From: Eledone cirrhosa
Lineage: Eukaryota
Length of the DNA: 64,000 nucleotides
NCBI GenBank assembly: GCA_964016885.1
Contig: OZ024748.1
Location: forward strand, 45,384,001 to 45,448,000
Reading direction: 5' to 3'
Positions 62,730-64,000 of the stretch are shown here, in pieces. A model generated the notes under the pieces. It was not told the origin of the DNA. It saw only the letters and a list, made by a program, of their open reading frames with translations, and did not search any database. The position numbers were made by a program, and so were the translations under genes. How positions within the stretch are numbered: the stretch's first letter is position 1; the number at the start of each line of letters is the position of its first letter.

Positions 62730-62793
<64 letters not shown>

Positions 62794-63054
62794 TGCTGTT
62801 TCAGTCATCTATAGAAAGATGTCAACGGCAACTTTATAGATGGAGAGAAAACTAAGAGAGACAGGTTTTATCTTCGGTGTAATATAAGACACATACATAC
62901 ACACACACACGCACAATCACAATCATATATACATACATATATATATATATATATATACAGACCACAAACACACTTATACATACATATATGTGAGTGTATG
63001 TGTGCTTCAGTGTGCGGGATTTTAAGAATTTATGCGGGCCTACATTTGCATAAA

Positions 63055-64000
<946 letters not shown>

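Overview
AT-rich, gene-free, repeat-saturated eukaryotic DNA. The SINE/MITE content suggests an octopus-like mollusc (inference). No host gene is evident, and the many IY/YI/TH/CV/ER ORFs are microsatellite artefacts. Main contents: a ~30-bp satellite with block duplications (1-6626); an intact two-ORF L1/Tx1-type LINE (20731-26529) with relatives in (TCTA)n and (ATT)n; R4/Dong-like RLE LINE remnants in (TAA)n and (CATA)n; Penelope-like (PLE) GIY-YIG remnants; RTE remnants; tRNA-SINEs; and DNA-transposon MITEs. The strongest signal is a set of at least 8 families of short non-coding fold-back elements, nearly all in (TA)n. They share one design: an inverted arm starting at a fixed internal site, a sense arm, and an unduplicated 3' tail. 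Most carry minimal type-I hammerhead ribozyme (HHR) motifs with a palindromic stem III, and two have apparently copied DNA from ~1.5 kb away into their hairpin centre. All alignments and folds were done by eye.
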